Assembly: GCF_037042905.1 (NCBI RefSeq)
Contig: NC_087256.1
Coordinates: 8,494,001-8,558,000 of the forward strand
Source of the DNA: Lytechinus pictus
Taxonomy: Eukaryota
Reading direction: 5' to 3'
DNA: 64,000 bases
Under the pieces are notes generated by a model, which had not been told where the DNA came from, searched no databases, and saw nothing but the letters and a program-made list of their open reading frames with translations. The translations under genes and the position numbers were made by a program. The stretch's first letter is position 1, and each line of letters starts with the position of its first letter. Positions 38,401 to 48,627 of this stretch are shown piece by piece.

Positions 38401-41400
38401 GATCCATAAACTTTCAAAGTTATGATGGTAATTCAACAGATACCCCCATTATGGCCAAAGTTCATTGACCTTTGACGTTGGTCACTTGACCTGAAAGGTG
38501 CACAGGATGTTCAGTGATACTTGATTACTCCTATGTCCAAGTTTTATGAACTAGACCAATAAACTTTCAAAGTTATGATGGTAATTCAACAAATACCCCC
38601 ATTTGGCCAAAGTTCATTGACCCTAAATGACCTTTGACCTTAATCATGTGACCTGAAACTTGCACAGGAAGTTTAGTGATACTTGATTACTATTATGTGT
38701 AAGTTTCATGAATCAGATCCATAAACTTTCAAAGTTATAATGGTAATTGAACAGATATACCCAATTTGGCCAAAGTTCATTGACCCTAAATGACCTTGGT
38801 CATGTGACGTGAAACTCAAGCAGGATGTTCAGTAATACTTAAAGGAGAATGAAACCCTTGAAACCAGCTGAATCCATATCAAAGAGAAAAATCAAAGAAA
38901 CATATTGTTGAAAGTTTGAGGAAGATTGAATGAATAATAAGAAAGTTATGAGCATTTGAATATTGAGATCACTAGTGCCATGTAGATCCTCCCATCGGCA
39001 ATGCGACCAAGATCTATGATATCACACACGTACAACTCCCTCATTACTTTAGTACTTATTTCACTTATATTCTCACTTTTATAGAGTATATCACAAGGTG
39101 AGGTGTTCTCTTTATGAGATGACAAGTACAGAGGTTTCACAACATTATATCATTGATGAATCGTTTGTCATATGATTAGAATGAGCAAAAAGAGATGTTT
39201 TGGGGTATATTTTCAGTGTCCAAATGGGAGAGTTGTACGTGTTTGACATCACAGATCTTGGTCGCATTGCCAATGGGAGGATCTCCATAGCATTAGTGAT
39301 CTCGACATTCAAATGCTCATAACTCTTTTATTGCTAGTCCTATTTTACTCAAAGTTTTGTTGATCTTATTCTTTGATTTTTCTGCTTTCACAAAAGCTAA
39401 CTTGCTCCAAGAGTTTCATTCTCCTTTAATTAATCTTATGTCCAAATTTCATGAACTAGGTCCATATATTTTCTAAGTTATGATGACATTTCAAAAACTT
39501 AACCTTAGGTTAAGATTTGATGTTGATTCCCCCAACATGGTCTAAGTTCATTGACCCTAAATGACCTTTGACCTTGGTCATGTGACCTAAAACTCACATG
39601 GGATGTTCAGTAATAATTGATTAACCTTATGGCCAAGTTTCATGAACTAGGTCCATATACTTTCCAAGTTATGCTGTCATTTCAAAAACTTAACCGGTTA
39701 AGATTTGGTGTTGACGCCGTCGTTCGAAAAGCGGCGCCTATAGTCTCACTCTGCTATGCAGGTTAGACAAAAACTATACAGAACCTCTTTAGGGCCATTA
39801 ACTACAGTCACTTTGCCTAGAAGGTTGAGGATATCTAAACAGTAAATTTTCCATAATTTGAAGAAATAAATAGAACACTCATACTCACCGAGATCACCCG
39901 TTTGCAGTGGTTTCCTCCCCTAATTTCATACAATTTATCCACATCTTCAGGCTTCGTGACCTCTTCCGGTAAAGCTTTGAGGGCAGCAGACGCCTTACGG
40001 AACGCCAGGGCTCTTGAGCGACTATTATCTCCCATCCGCAGTTCTGCAGCTCTCTCTAGAAACTCTAATGCATCCTACAGATTGGAAGGTATGAATAACT
40101 CAATCTAAGGACAAGTAGAGTTGGGGTGGATTAGTGGATGTCCCTGGAATAAGTATCAAAATGCAACCTCCTCCCCATGTAAACCACTAATTCTAGGATA
40201 ACTAACCTCGCTACATCAGTAATGTCCTATGGCAAGACATAAAAATATATTCCTTGTACTTTACCCAGGTTTAGTAATAGGATACCATTGATTCATTCTG
40301 CAAATGCACTGAGCGATGTTACTGCGGATTGTCTTGAATTTTGACACACATGGTCACACAGTGTAATACTTGGGGCAAGGTCAAATTGAAAAAAAAATTA
40401 AAAAATGACTCAATAATTCAACGCAAGAGAACATGTTCGGAACACTCTTCAGCCCTAGTGGTCTCAATTTTGAAACTTTTCAAGCACCCTGACAAAAATT
40501 TTATTGTAAAACTAGCAGAAAAAATAATTAAAAATATTGGCGAAGGTTTGAGGAAAATCCATCAAAGAATAAAAAAGTTATTAGAATTTTGATTATCTCA
40601 TTTGCATTGTAACGTGATATGCGAGCAGCTTTCTTACATATCATATGGTAAACAAGGCAAAAGCGATTTTGTGTCTCACCCACTTATGAAAATAACCAGA
40701 AATATAGTGATTTGCGAGGGCACGCAACAGAATTGTATCAAAACTTCATTGTGAAATGACTGGGATGGAATAACACTTGTCATAAGAGCCTTGCACGTAA
40801 ACTTTAATGTTGACCTGAAAATGTCCTTTGACCTTACCATGTGACCTCCGACTGCAGCATAACATGCAGGTTGCCTAAGTACATCTACCATCCAAGTTTG
40901 GTTGAAAAGCGACTAACGGTTGCGGAGTTAGGTGTCATAAGAGAGTCTTGCATGTAAACTTTAATGTTGACCTGAAAATTACCTTTGATCATACCATGTG
41001 ACCTCCGACTGCAGCATAACATGCAGGTCCCCCAAGTCCATCTACCATCCAAGTTTGGTTGAAAAGTGACTTACTTGAAATGGCGAAGAAGAAGCATTTT
41101 GAAATTGTGGACGAACGACAGACGCTACGCTACGGCATAAGCTCATCCGGCCCTTCGGGCCGGATGAGCTAAAAATGAAATTTATGCTTTTTATATTATA
41201 CAACATATGGGACAGCTGCTCGTTTATGACGTCACAAATAAAAAATTTGAAATTCTAATAAATTCTTAATCTTCAATGAATTTCTTCAAACCTTCACAAA
41301 TATTTTTCATTATGTTTTCTGCTATATTTACCACAAAGTTTTCGTCAGGGTGAACTTTCCATTTAACTTACTGTGAATTTCTTATTCGGATGGTTGAGTG

Positions 41401-44400
41401 GGGTTATCCTCTGGCAGGCAAACCTGCGATTAATTGGTTTATCCTCACCTTCTTGTTCTTCTAAAGCATCAAGATCAAGCTGAAATAAAGAAAAAAATAA
41501 TTTAAAACAAACTTTTACCATAGCTTTATCGAAGACAATTCCTTCATCATTGTTCATGATACACCTTTGTTGTACCATGCACATGGTTAAAATATTAAAA
41601 CTTTGAAGACATGCAATTAGAATTTGTTTCATCCAACCCAGACCTAGTCCATTATCATAGACTTACATGTACGTACACAGGTAAACCTGCTAGGATCATC
41701 TTACTATCGAATGAGGGGGAAAAAAAGACAATAGCAGACTTCTACAAAAGCATATCCTACCAGTTTTTTAGCAGGTATTCTGTGTTCATCCGTGATCTCC
41801 ACTGGCTTTTCTTCTTCCATGCACGATGTATACCAGCTGAGGGAAAGCAGTTCTGCCTTCTGTGCAAATTCAAAGGCATTAAATTCATTATTCCGCTGCG
41901 ACCGGCAGATCCTCTGAAGAACACTGATGACATGGTCTCGGGAGCTCAGTTCTGACACAACGTGGGTTACAGATTCACTACAAATGGATAGAAAAGAAAT
42001 CAACGAGAATAAAATGTTGAACAACCACATACATGTATATGCACCTAGAGTCCTAGGCCCGTATTCTGAAGTCGGGTTTAAATTAAACTCTGGTTTAAAG
42101 TTGTGGTTTAACTATGGATAGCCAATTGGGGCACAAATCATTAACAGTACACATCTTATTAATCAACTCATATGACACTCAAATTGTTCATAATTGTCTG
42201 GGAATGAAAACTATAGTATTTTTCTTCATTATGAAAGAAAAAGGAAACAAATAGTAAATATAAAGAGATATGCAATATAAACATAATTTTTGGCTCCCAT
42301 AATTTTAGCAGAGTAAGGCCGTGGTCTCAGTTAAACCTGACTTCAGAATACCCGACTCTTTCATAGAAGAAAATCATCAGGGCAGAACTAATCCAGACTC
42401 TTAAATGCGCATGAAAAATGATTGCATGATCATTCGGCTGATTGAAACCATGCAGTGTTTGGATTGATAAGCTGAGTGATCGGCCCACTGACGTGCACAA
42501 TCGCTTTCGATGACAGAAGCCAAGAAGGCATTGTAGGCACCGCATCAATCAGCAATTTTTTTCTCACAGTTCCTAAAAATAAACCCATTGGTATAACACC
42601 TTGAGAAAGACAGTAAGAATTTGATAGAATACATGTACATGTAGAGCCTATCATTATTTAGATAATGCTGTATAATTATTGCATTTGTATAAAAGTTGGG
42701 TTTCCAGACATTACTACATGCAGTCATTTTATACAATGGGTGATTGATAAAAACAAGTGCCAGGTTTACTCTAAAATTAGAATCACCTCGCATTACCCAA
42801 TCATATTTACTCTCTATGGGTTGTTTTACGATCAGGGTATACTTAAAAAATTCATTCTGTGCATCATTGTATAGGACAATCATCATGAACGACGTCCATA
42901 GTAATGCGACATCTAAGCGTTCACGGTGGCCCCGTACTCACCACGAGGTTGTAGAGAAGAGGACTATTATTTACGATAATTCTCTATGACATCGTAGTGA
43001 TTCCGGAAGCATTCGTGAACCCTTCATTACTTGCGGAAATAGACGCAATACTATTTGAAGTTATTTACTATTATTGTCCTCTTCTCTATAGTATTGCATC
43101 TATTTCCGCAAGTAATGCGTCCTTGAAGAGTTCACGAATGCTTCCGGAATCACTAAGATGTCATAGAGAAGAGAACAATAATCGTAATTATTTTCAAATA
43201 GTTATTTACGTTAATTGTCCTCTTCTCTATGACATCGCAGTGTTTCCGGAAGCATTCGCGAACCCTTTAAGGGCGCATTACTTGCGGAAATAGACACAAT
43301 ACTATTTGAAGTTATTTACGTTAATTGTCCTCTTCTCTATGACATCGTAGTGATTCTGGAAGCATTCATGAACCCTTCAAGGGCGCATTACTTGCGGAAA
43401 TAGACGCAATACTATTTGAAGGAATTTACAATTATTGTCCTCTTCGCTATGACATCGTATAGTGATTCTGGAAGCATTCGTGAACCCTTCAAGGGCGCAT
43501 ATACTGGCGGAAATAGACGCAAAACCATTTGAAGTTATTTATGATTATTGTCCTCTTCTCTATGACATCGTAGTGATTCCGGAAGCATTCGTGAACCCTT
43601 CAAGGGCGCATATACTGGCGGAAATAGACGCAAAACCATTTGAAGTTATTTACGATTATTGTCCTCTTTTCTATGACATCGTAGTGATTCCGGAAGCATT
43701 CGTAAACCCTTCAAGGGCGCATTACTTGCAGAAATAGACGCAATACTATTTGAAGTTATTTACAATTATTGTCTTCTTCTCTATGATATCGTAGTGATTC
43801 CGGAAGCATTCATGAACCCTTCAAGGGCGCACTACTTGGGGAAATAGACGCAATACTATTTGAAATCATTTATGATTATTGTCTTCTTCTTTATGACATC
43901 GTAGTGATTCCGGAAGCATTCGTGAACCCTTCAATGGGACATTAGTCGCGGAAATAGACGCAATACTATTTAAAAATTAATTAAGATTATTGTTCTCTTC
44001 TCTATGACATCTTAGTGATTCCGGAAGCATTCGTGAACTCTTCAAGGACGCATTACTTGCGGAAATAGATGCAATACTATAGAGAAGAGGACAATAATAG
44101 TAAATAACTTCAAATAGTATTGCATCTATTTCCGCAAGTAATGCGCCCTTGAAGGGTTCACGAATGCTTCGGGAATCACTACGATGTCATGGAGAAGAGG
44201 ACAATCATGGTAAATAACTTCAAATAGTATCGTGTCTATTTCCACCAGTAACGTGGCCTCTAAAAGAGTTCACAAATGCTTCTGCAATCACCACGATATA
44301 TTTCGTAGAGAAGAGGACTATTGGTTATTAATTCATTCACTTCAAATAAAATTCATACATACATACATAGTCGGGAAAATATCACGGGAAAAAAATGTAT

Positions 44401-46387
44401 CAAATTAATTGCAGTTTGTGATTTCACGAAAACAGAAAATAACAGCTTGATATGTACAGGCACACTGTTTCATTCGTCATGAAACGATCGCGCTGTTTCA
44501 CAACTTGCACACGCACAACTCTATCGGTATTGTTTAATTTGTCCTCAATGGCAATGACACCAGCAGTGATACATACGTACACAAGCAGCAGTTGCACGTG
44601 CACGGTGAATGATATTGCTTATGAATAAAATTCTGAGGCTGAATGAAATCTAGCGAGTAAGTCGCGTCTCCAGCAGACTTCACGATAGACCACGCCTACT
44701 TGCCTAGGTAACCAACGTTGACGGCCCATTTAGTTTTTTGAGCGGTATGAAAAAGTACAGGCATGTATGAACTTCATTTCTGTTGGAATTTATTAAAAAA
44801 AGACTTTTTCATTTATTATAGATGTTCCAAAAATATTCAATGTGGAAAACATATTTTTTTAAACATTTGTTATATTTTTTGCATGAAAAGAGGAATTTTT
44901 ACGCGATAATCACTATGATATATGTGGTCACGTGAACTGTCGTTCAAGCAAAAGTATATTTTTTATGATTTTATTGTGAGCCTACTCAAAGGATTTTTGT
45001 GTATTTTTATGAATTTCCCGACCAAGTTCAGCAGCGCCATCTCGAGCTTTCAATAGCGCAGGTGAACGCACGCATTTATCCCCATAGGCAATTACACATG
45101 AAAATACTTGGTGGATTTACGTCAAATACATCTCCAAACGGCACTTTCGATAGCACATGAAGGTAAGACACTTCATCCTACTTAATTCAATGTTAGTATA
45201 GAATCGGTAAATAGTTAAATTTTCTTTTACAACTTATTAATTAGCTGATGAAAAAGCATTTCAACGGTTATTTTTGCTGTGGAGAACAGACGATGCACGG
45301 CGATGCGCACTTTTTACGCACGTGCATTGGCTTTTCATTTGCTCATAGCAATATTGCTGAGACGATCAGGTGAGCTTTCGATAACCCTATCAATAGTTTT
45401 ACAGGATCCTTTAATGTCGAAAACCCCAAAATCTGGAATAAATGTTTAGGTACCTTACCGGTATATACTGTACACTTAGTTCTGAATATTGACAAAGTCT
45501 GGCATTTTAGCCTTTTAGGGTCAAAATTAATATGGTCTCATTTAATAAAAAAAAGATACTGAAAATCTGGAATACATGTTTAGCCTCAAAATCATGAAGA
45601 TGGCGACGTATATACAGTTTTTCACATTTTCGCACGATTTGCGTGCTGTCGCCAAGTGAAAGACAATGAAACCAAGATGGCGACGCGACGTAAACACGGT
45701 GGCAGGTTTTCCGTCTTTTCATAACATTTTTCTTGTTTTTCTTAATGAATTCTTGTTGAAAAATGAAATCAATATATTCCTAGAAATGTTGGAAAGGAAG
45801 TTATATCCCATCTACATGATTTAGGGCTAGATCTTTTTGAAAAAAAAAAGAAAGTAGAAATCTCAGACTCAGACTCAGCCTCAGGAGACCGAAGGAAGGC
45901 GAAAAGACCGAAGCTTTTAGTTTTACTAGGCAAAAAGTTGAATCAGGATCAGGTGTTTTGGCAGTAGCCAGTACATGCAGGTGAATGGGAAGGAATCCCT
46001 GGCTCTGTTGACAGAAAGCATATGTTAGTAAGTGATTTTTACTCTCTAGGAGCCTCGTGGCTACTCATGAGTAGTTTTGTACACTTTTCACGAAAACATG
46101 ATATCCCCCATTCCCTTGCGTGCGTTAAAAATCGCACGTGATTGGTATGGAATTGTGTGCGACGCTCAATGTGTGGCAAAATTGAGAGACCCATATTATC
46201 ATATTTACTTTAGTTCAGGCGATAATACGAATCCCTTAGATCGTCCAAGATACCGGAGTTTCTTCAATCGTATTTTCTGGATCCTTGCATTTACAATGAA
46301 AATGATTATATCTGGGAATTTCACCGGAAATTCCTCCGACTCCTTATTGTGGAAATGCTTTCGACGTTTGGGATCGGGCGCCGCCAT
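29478..46387 (-). CDS. POLM: X-family DNA polymerase of the Pol mu / terminal deoxynucleotidyl transferase lineage; 9 exons, ~572 aa
   Basis: Minus-strand exons: 46387-46209, 41977-41761, 41479-41372, 40074-39889, 36355-36284, 34574-34451, 33441-33309, 32565-31953 and 29564-29478. All introns GT-AG; phases 2,0,0,0,0,1,2,0; 1719 nt in total. Motifs: NLS PKRRK, BRCT (SVTHVVSE...WYTSCM), FACQRITPL, HhH GVYGCG, TGGFLRGKETGHDVDFL, RRVDF, LGWTGS, and a C-terminal EEGIF...EY..PEERN. Probably co-orthologous to both POLM and DNTT, so the symbol is approximate. Confidence 0.93.
30054..30560. mobile_element. Degenerate Kolobok/T2-type MITE
   Basis: Homologous to 27048-27636; right end eroded. Confidence 0.7.
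30879..31160 (+). mobile_element. tRNA-derived SINE
   Basis: A-box TGGCCCAGTGG; degenerate B-box GTATCGAATCC; central block CCTTCAGCAAGAAATTTATCCACATTG...AATGGGTACC; LINE-like tail GCGCTATATAAATG...(ATT)n. A second isolated tail lies at ~30785-30847. Confidence 0.8.
34823..35559. mobile_element. piggyBac-like MITE
   Basis: TTAA|CCCTATCTAGGCCGGG ... CCCGGCCTAGATAGGG|TTAA. Confidence 0.87.
36483..37436 (-). mobile_element. Helentron-associated (HINE/DINE/Tsp-pearl-like) element with internal ~163-bp tandem repeats
   Basis: Subterminal inverted repeat GTCTCACCTGCAT (36506) / ATGCAGGTGAGAC (to 37430); extra short IR GTCTCAC; (GCC)n microsatellite; terminal A run; satellite core. Confidence 0.75.
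37534..39773 (-). mobile_element. Second HINE-like element of the same family, with a longer satellite array and a nested MITE
   Basis: Same ends as 36483-37436 (AAACAAGTGGAATGCCTCTGG ... CTATGCAGGTTAGACAAAAA); about 9 units of ~155-165 bp. Confidence 0.75.
38843..39425. mobile_element. Kolobok/T2-type MITE nested in the HINE satellite
   Basis: TTAA|AGGAGAATGAAAC ... GTTTCATTCTCCT|TTAA; the interrupted satellite unit resumes after the TSD. Confidence 0.85.
40485..41362. mobile_element. Kolobok-type MITE (family of 2908-3395) containing a nested HINE-like element at 40650-41175
   Basis: CACCCTGACAAAAA ... GTCAGGGTGAACTTTCCAT|TTAA. The inner element has two ~155-bp repeats and the terminal palindrome AGCTCATCCGGCCCTTCGGGCCGGATGAGCT followed by AAAAA. 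Confidence 0.7.
42056..42356. mobile_element. Harbinger-like MITE
   Basis: Imperfect TIRs GGCCCGTATTCTGAAGTCGGGTTTAA / TTAAACCTGACTTCAGAATACCCGAC. Confidence 0.65.
42950..44322. repeat. 110-bp satellite array with orientation switches (foldback structure)
   Basis: Forward units at ~42984, 43227, 43337, 43448, 43560, 43671, 43781, 43891 and 44002; inverted units at ~43090-43200 and ~44080-44320. Confidence 0.9.
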
Positions 46388-46676
46388 GATGTCTATTGCA
46401 GTCTCGTTTTAATGCTTGGTGGTTTTGAAAATATAAAAGTTTTAATTTTAGCCATATTTAACCCATACAATGAATTTAATATATCTGTTTCATATATTGT
46501 AATTATATTTATATATTTTTTGTTTTTTCGTTATGAATCTATATGAAAAAAAATCTTAAATAAAGTTTTTATTCAAGAAATTCGTCTGCTAACTCACGCG
46601 AACATGGCGAGGCAACCAGGTTTCTTTTGATGAAATAATAGTGCCAGTGCAACTTTTGCTAGATTTGGCAACACAG
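46388..46676. promoter_or_regulatory. Putative compact bidirectional promoter between the Pol mu/TdT-like gene and SMIM8, including the SMIM8 non-coding first exon
   Basis: Divergent genes with ATGs 556 bp apart; very AT-rich core; YY1-like AACATGGCG at 46601; donor CAG|GTAATC at 46676/46677 and acceptor TTTTACAG at 46907. Confidence 0.65.
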
Positions 46677-46942
46677 GTAATCAAAAGTAAATATGTTTAT
46701 CAATATGTGCCAAGCCAGGGCCTTTGTTAAACTATGGTATTTCATAGGGGCCTAATTTTGTACTAGAGTACCGGTAGATGAGTTAGACGTCACGTACTAC
46801 GTAGTCTATGACTTTGTGTGAATATTTTATTTTTATCTGTTATAAATCTTGGCTTGAAAAGTTTACATCTATCTATTATAGCTTTCGTTTTGTCATTAGT
46901 TTTACAGGATTTTCGAACGTCGAAAACCAAAAACGCAAACTG

Positions 46943-48184
46943 ATGGCAGATGGAAAGGAACCTCTAGATAAAGCAGGAGAAAAGACTGGTGGGGTCAGGG
47001 CAGGAGCTGGAGAAGGCATCCGGAGTATAAGATCGACATCATTATTCAGAGCAGTCAATTTTGAACTGTATGCAAAACCTGTGAGTGTCGAAATAGCACA
47101 GTAGAATCTAGATCAAGATTTAGCTTAAAAGTTATTGCTTTTGAAAGAGTTGTAACTTATAGATCTGAAAATCAACTTAGATAAGTTGAGATTAAATCTC
47201 AGCTCCTACTTTTACGACACAGTTGTTAAAATAAAATGACTGGAAAATTAAAATAAAATATTTCAAAAATAAAGAACAAGACACCGATGTAAGGCAATGC
47301 CTTTTGTCTCTGCACATTATTACATCTTTTTTTATTATTATCTTAACCCGAAAATTATGAAATATATTTATGTTTAGTTCTTGCCTTTACAAAATATGAT
47401 GAAGCATGTATGTTATCATTGGTCATTCTGAATAATAGTCATCTCAATCTTTAGGCCTACTATCATCAATATCATCACTGTCATTATTATTGTTATAATC
47501 ATAATCATAATCAGCAAATCATCATCACCACTGTCATCATCGTCATCACCACTATCATCATCGTCATCATAATCATGATCATAATCAGCATCATTGTCAT
47601 CATCATCTTAATTTTCATCATCTTCATCATCATATTATTCATAATCAGCATCGATCATCAGCATCATTTTCATTAGCCCATAATCTGGGCGGAGGCTGCA
47701 GTTATGGTCTTTGCTGTTATGCCGAACGCAAGCAATATGTCTGATGTGGTAAAGACTTTGAAATGCTTTGCATCCACAATTCGCAGTATATCGCTTGCTT
47801 TCAGCATAACAACAAAGACAATAACTGCATCCTCTGTCTATATTAAAGGCTACATTATCATCAGCATCATCATTATATTCAGTATCACCAATCTTCACAA
47901 TCAATGGACAGATTTTTTTTATAAACTCATGCACAAGTGGTATATGCATTCCACTGCATGAATTTTATTTCTCAAATTCTCTATATTTCATCTCTTTTCT
48001 TTGTTTACTCTTCCTTAAGAACAAATGGGTTATGGGATTCGGTCTGGCTGCCCTTACCAGCTGTGTGGTGTACATCGCCTATCTCAATGCACAGAAGGAG
48101 AACCAGAGAGACAGGGACATGTATGAACAATACCAAGCTGACGGCACGACGATAATGAGACCAAGAAATTCCAAATGGGACTGA
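46943..48184 (+). CDS. SMIM8: Small integral membrane protein 8; 2 coding exons, 100 aa
   Basis: Exons 46943-47080 and 48020-48184 (phase 0). Sequence ...GIRSIRSTSLFRAVNFELYAKP|NKWVMGFGLAALTSCVVYIAYL...SKWD matches the SMIM8 pattern LFRAVNPELFIKPNK.VM.FGL...SKWD. Confidence 0.92.
47460..47670. repeat. Degenerate (CAT)n low-complexity tract in the SMIM8 intron
   Basis: CATCAT/CATAAT repeats. Confidence 0.85.
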
Positions 48185-48627
48185 TAATATATATATATAT
48201 ATATATATGGTTCAATTTTACTGAGAGGGGATGAGGAGAGGTCAGTTGACTGTGTGATTTTGGAACTGTCAACTCTTTGGAAGATCTAGGAGATTTAGCC
48301 AGTTTTGAAGATTCAACCTATGCTTGGTCATGTGGATTAAGTCATTTTCACCAAACGTTGAGAACCTAACAAAGCAAAGCCTATCCTAGCTCCTGGGCAG
48401 TATCGTGCACCAGTTCCCTGTTTGTTGGTGTTATGGAACACCAATCCAAGTGGTGACCCTACTGCTCAGGGGGGGTGAACTATTGTTTCATCCCCCCAAA
48501 CAGTATGACGACGTCATTTGATTTACGCCCATGGTTTACTGCATTCATCTATCAAAGGCACAATATCTGTCAAACAGATGGAACTTCGAGGTAATCACAA
48601 GAGTAGGATAAAATAATGATACCTGTG

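Noticed and set aside
36570-39700. ~160-bp repeat array as CRISPR or a coding repeat
   Set aside because: No spacers and no long ORF; bounded by transposon-like ends.
42950-44322. Regularly spaced repeats resembling a CRISPR array
   Set aside because: Whole 110-bp units repeat with no unique spacers, there are no cas genes, and the context is a eukaryotic intron. ORFs 42997-43293 and 43462-43737 are by-products of the repeat.
29478-46387. Calling the polymerase a true TdT (DNTT) and inferring a V(D)J-like system at this locus
   Set aside because: Diagnostic residues are mixed and lean towards Pol mu. No RAG-like gene, RSS arrays or Ig/TCR-like segments were seen in the window.
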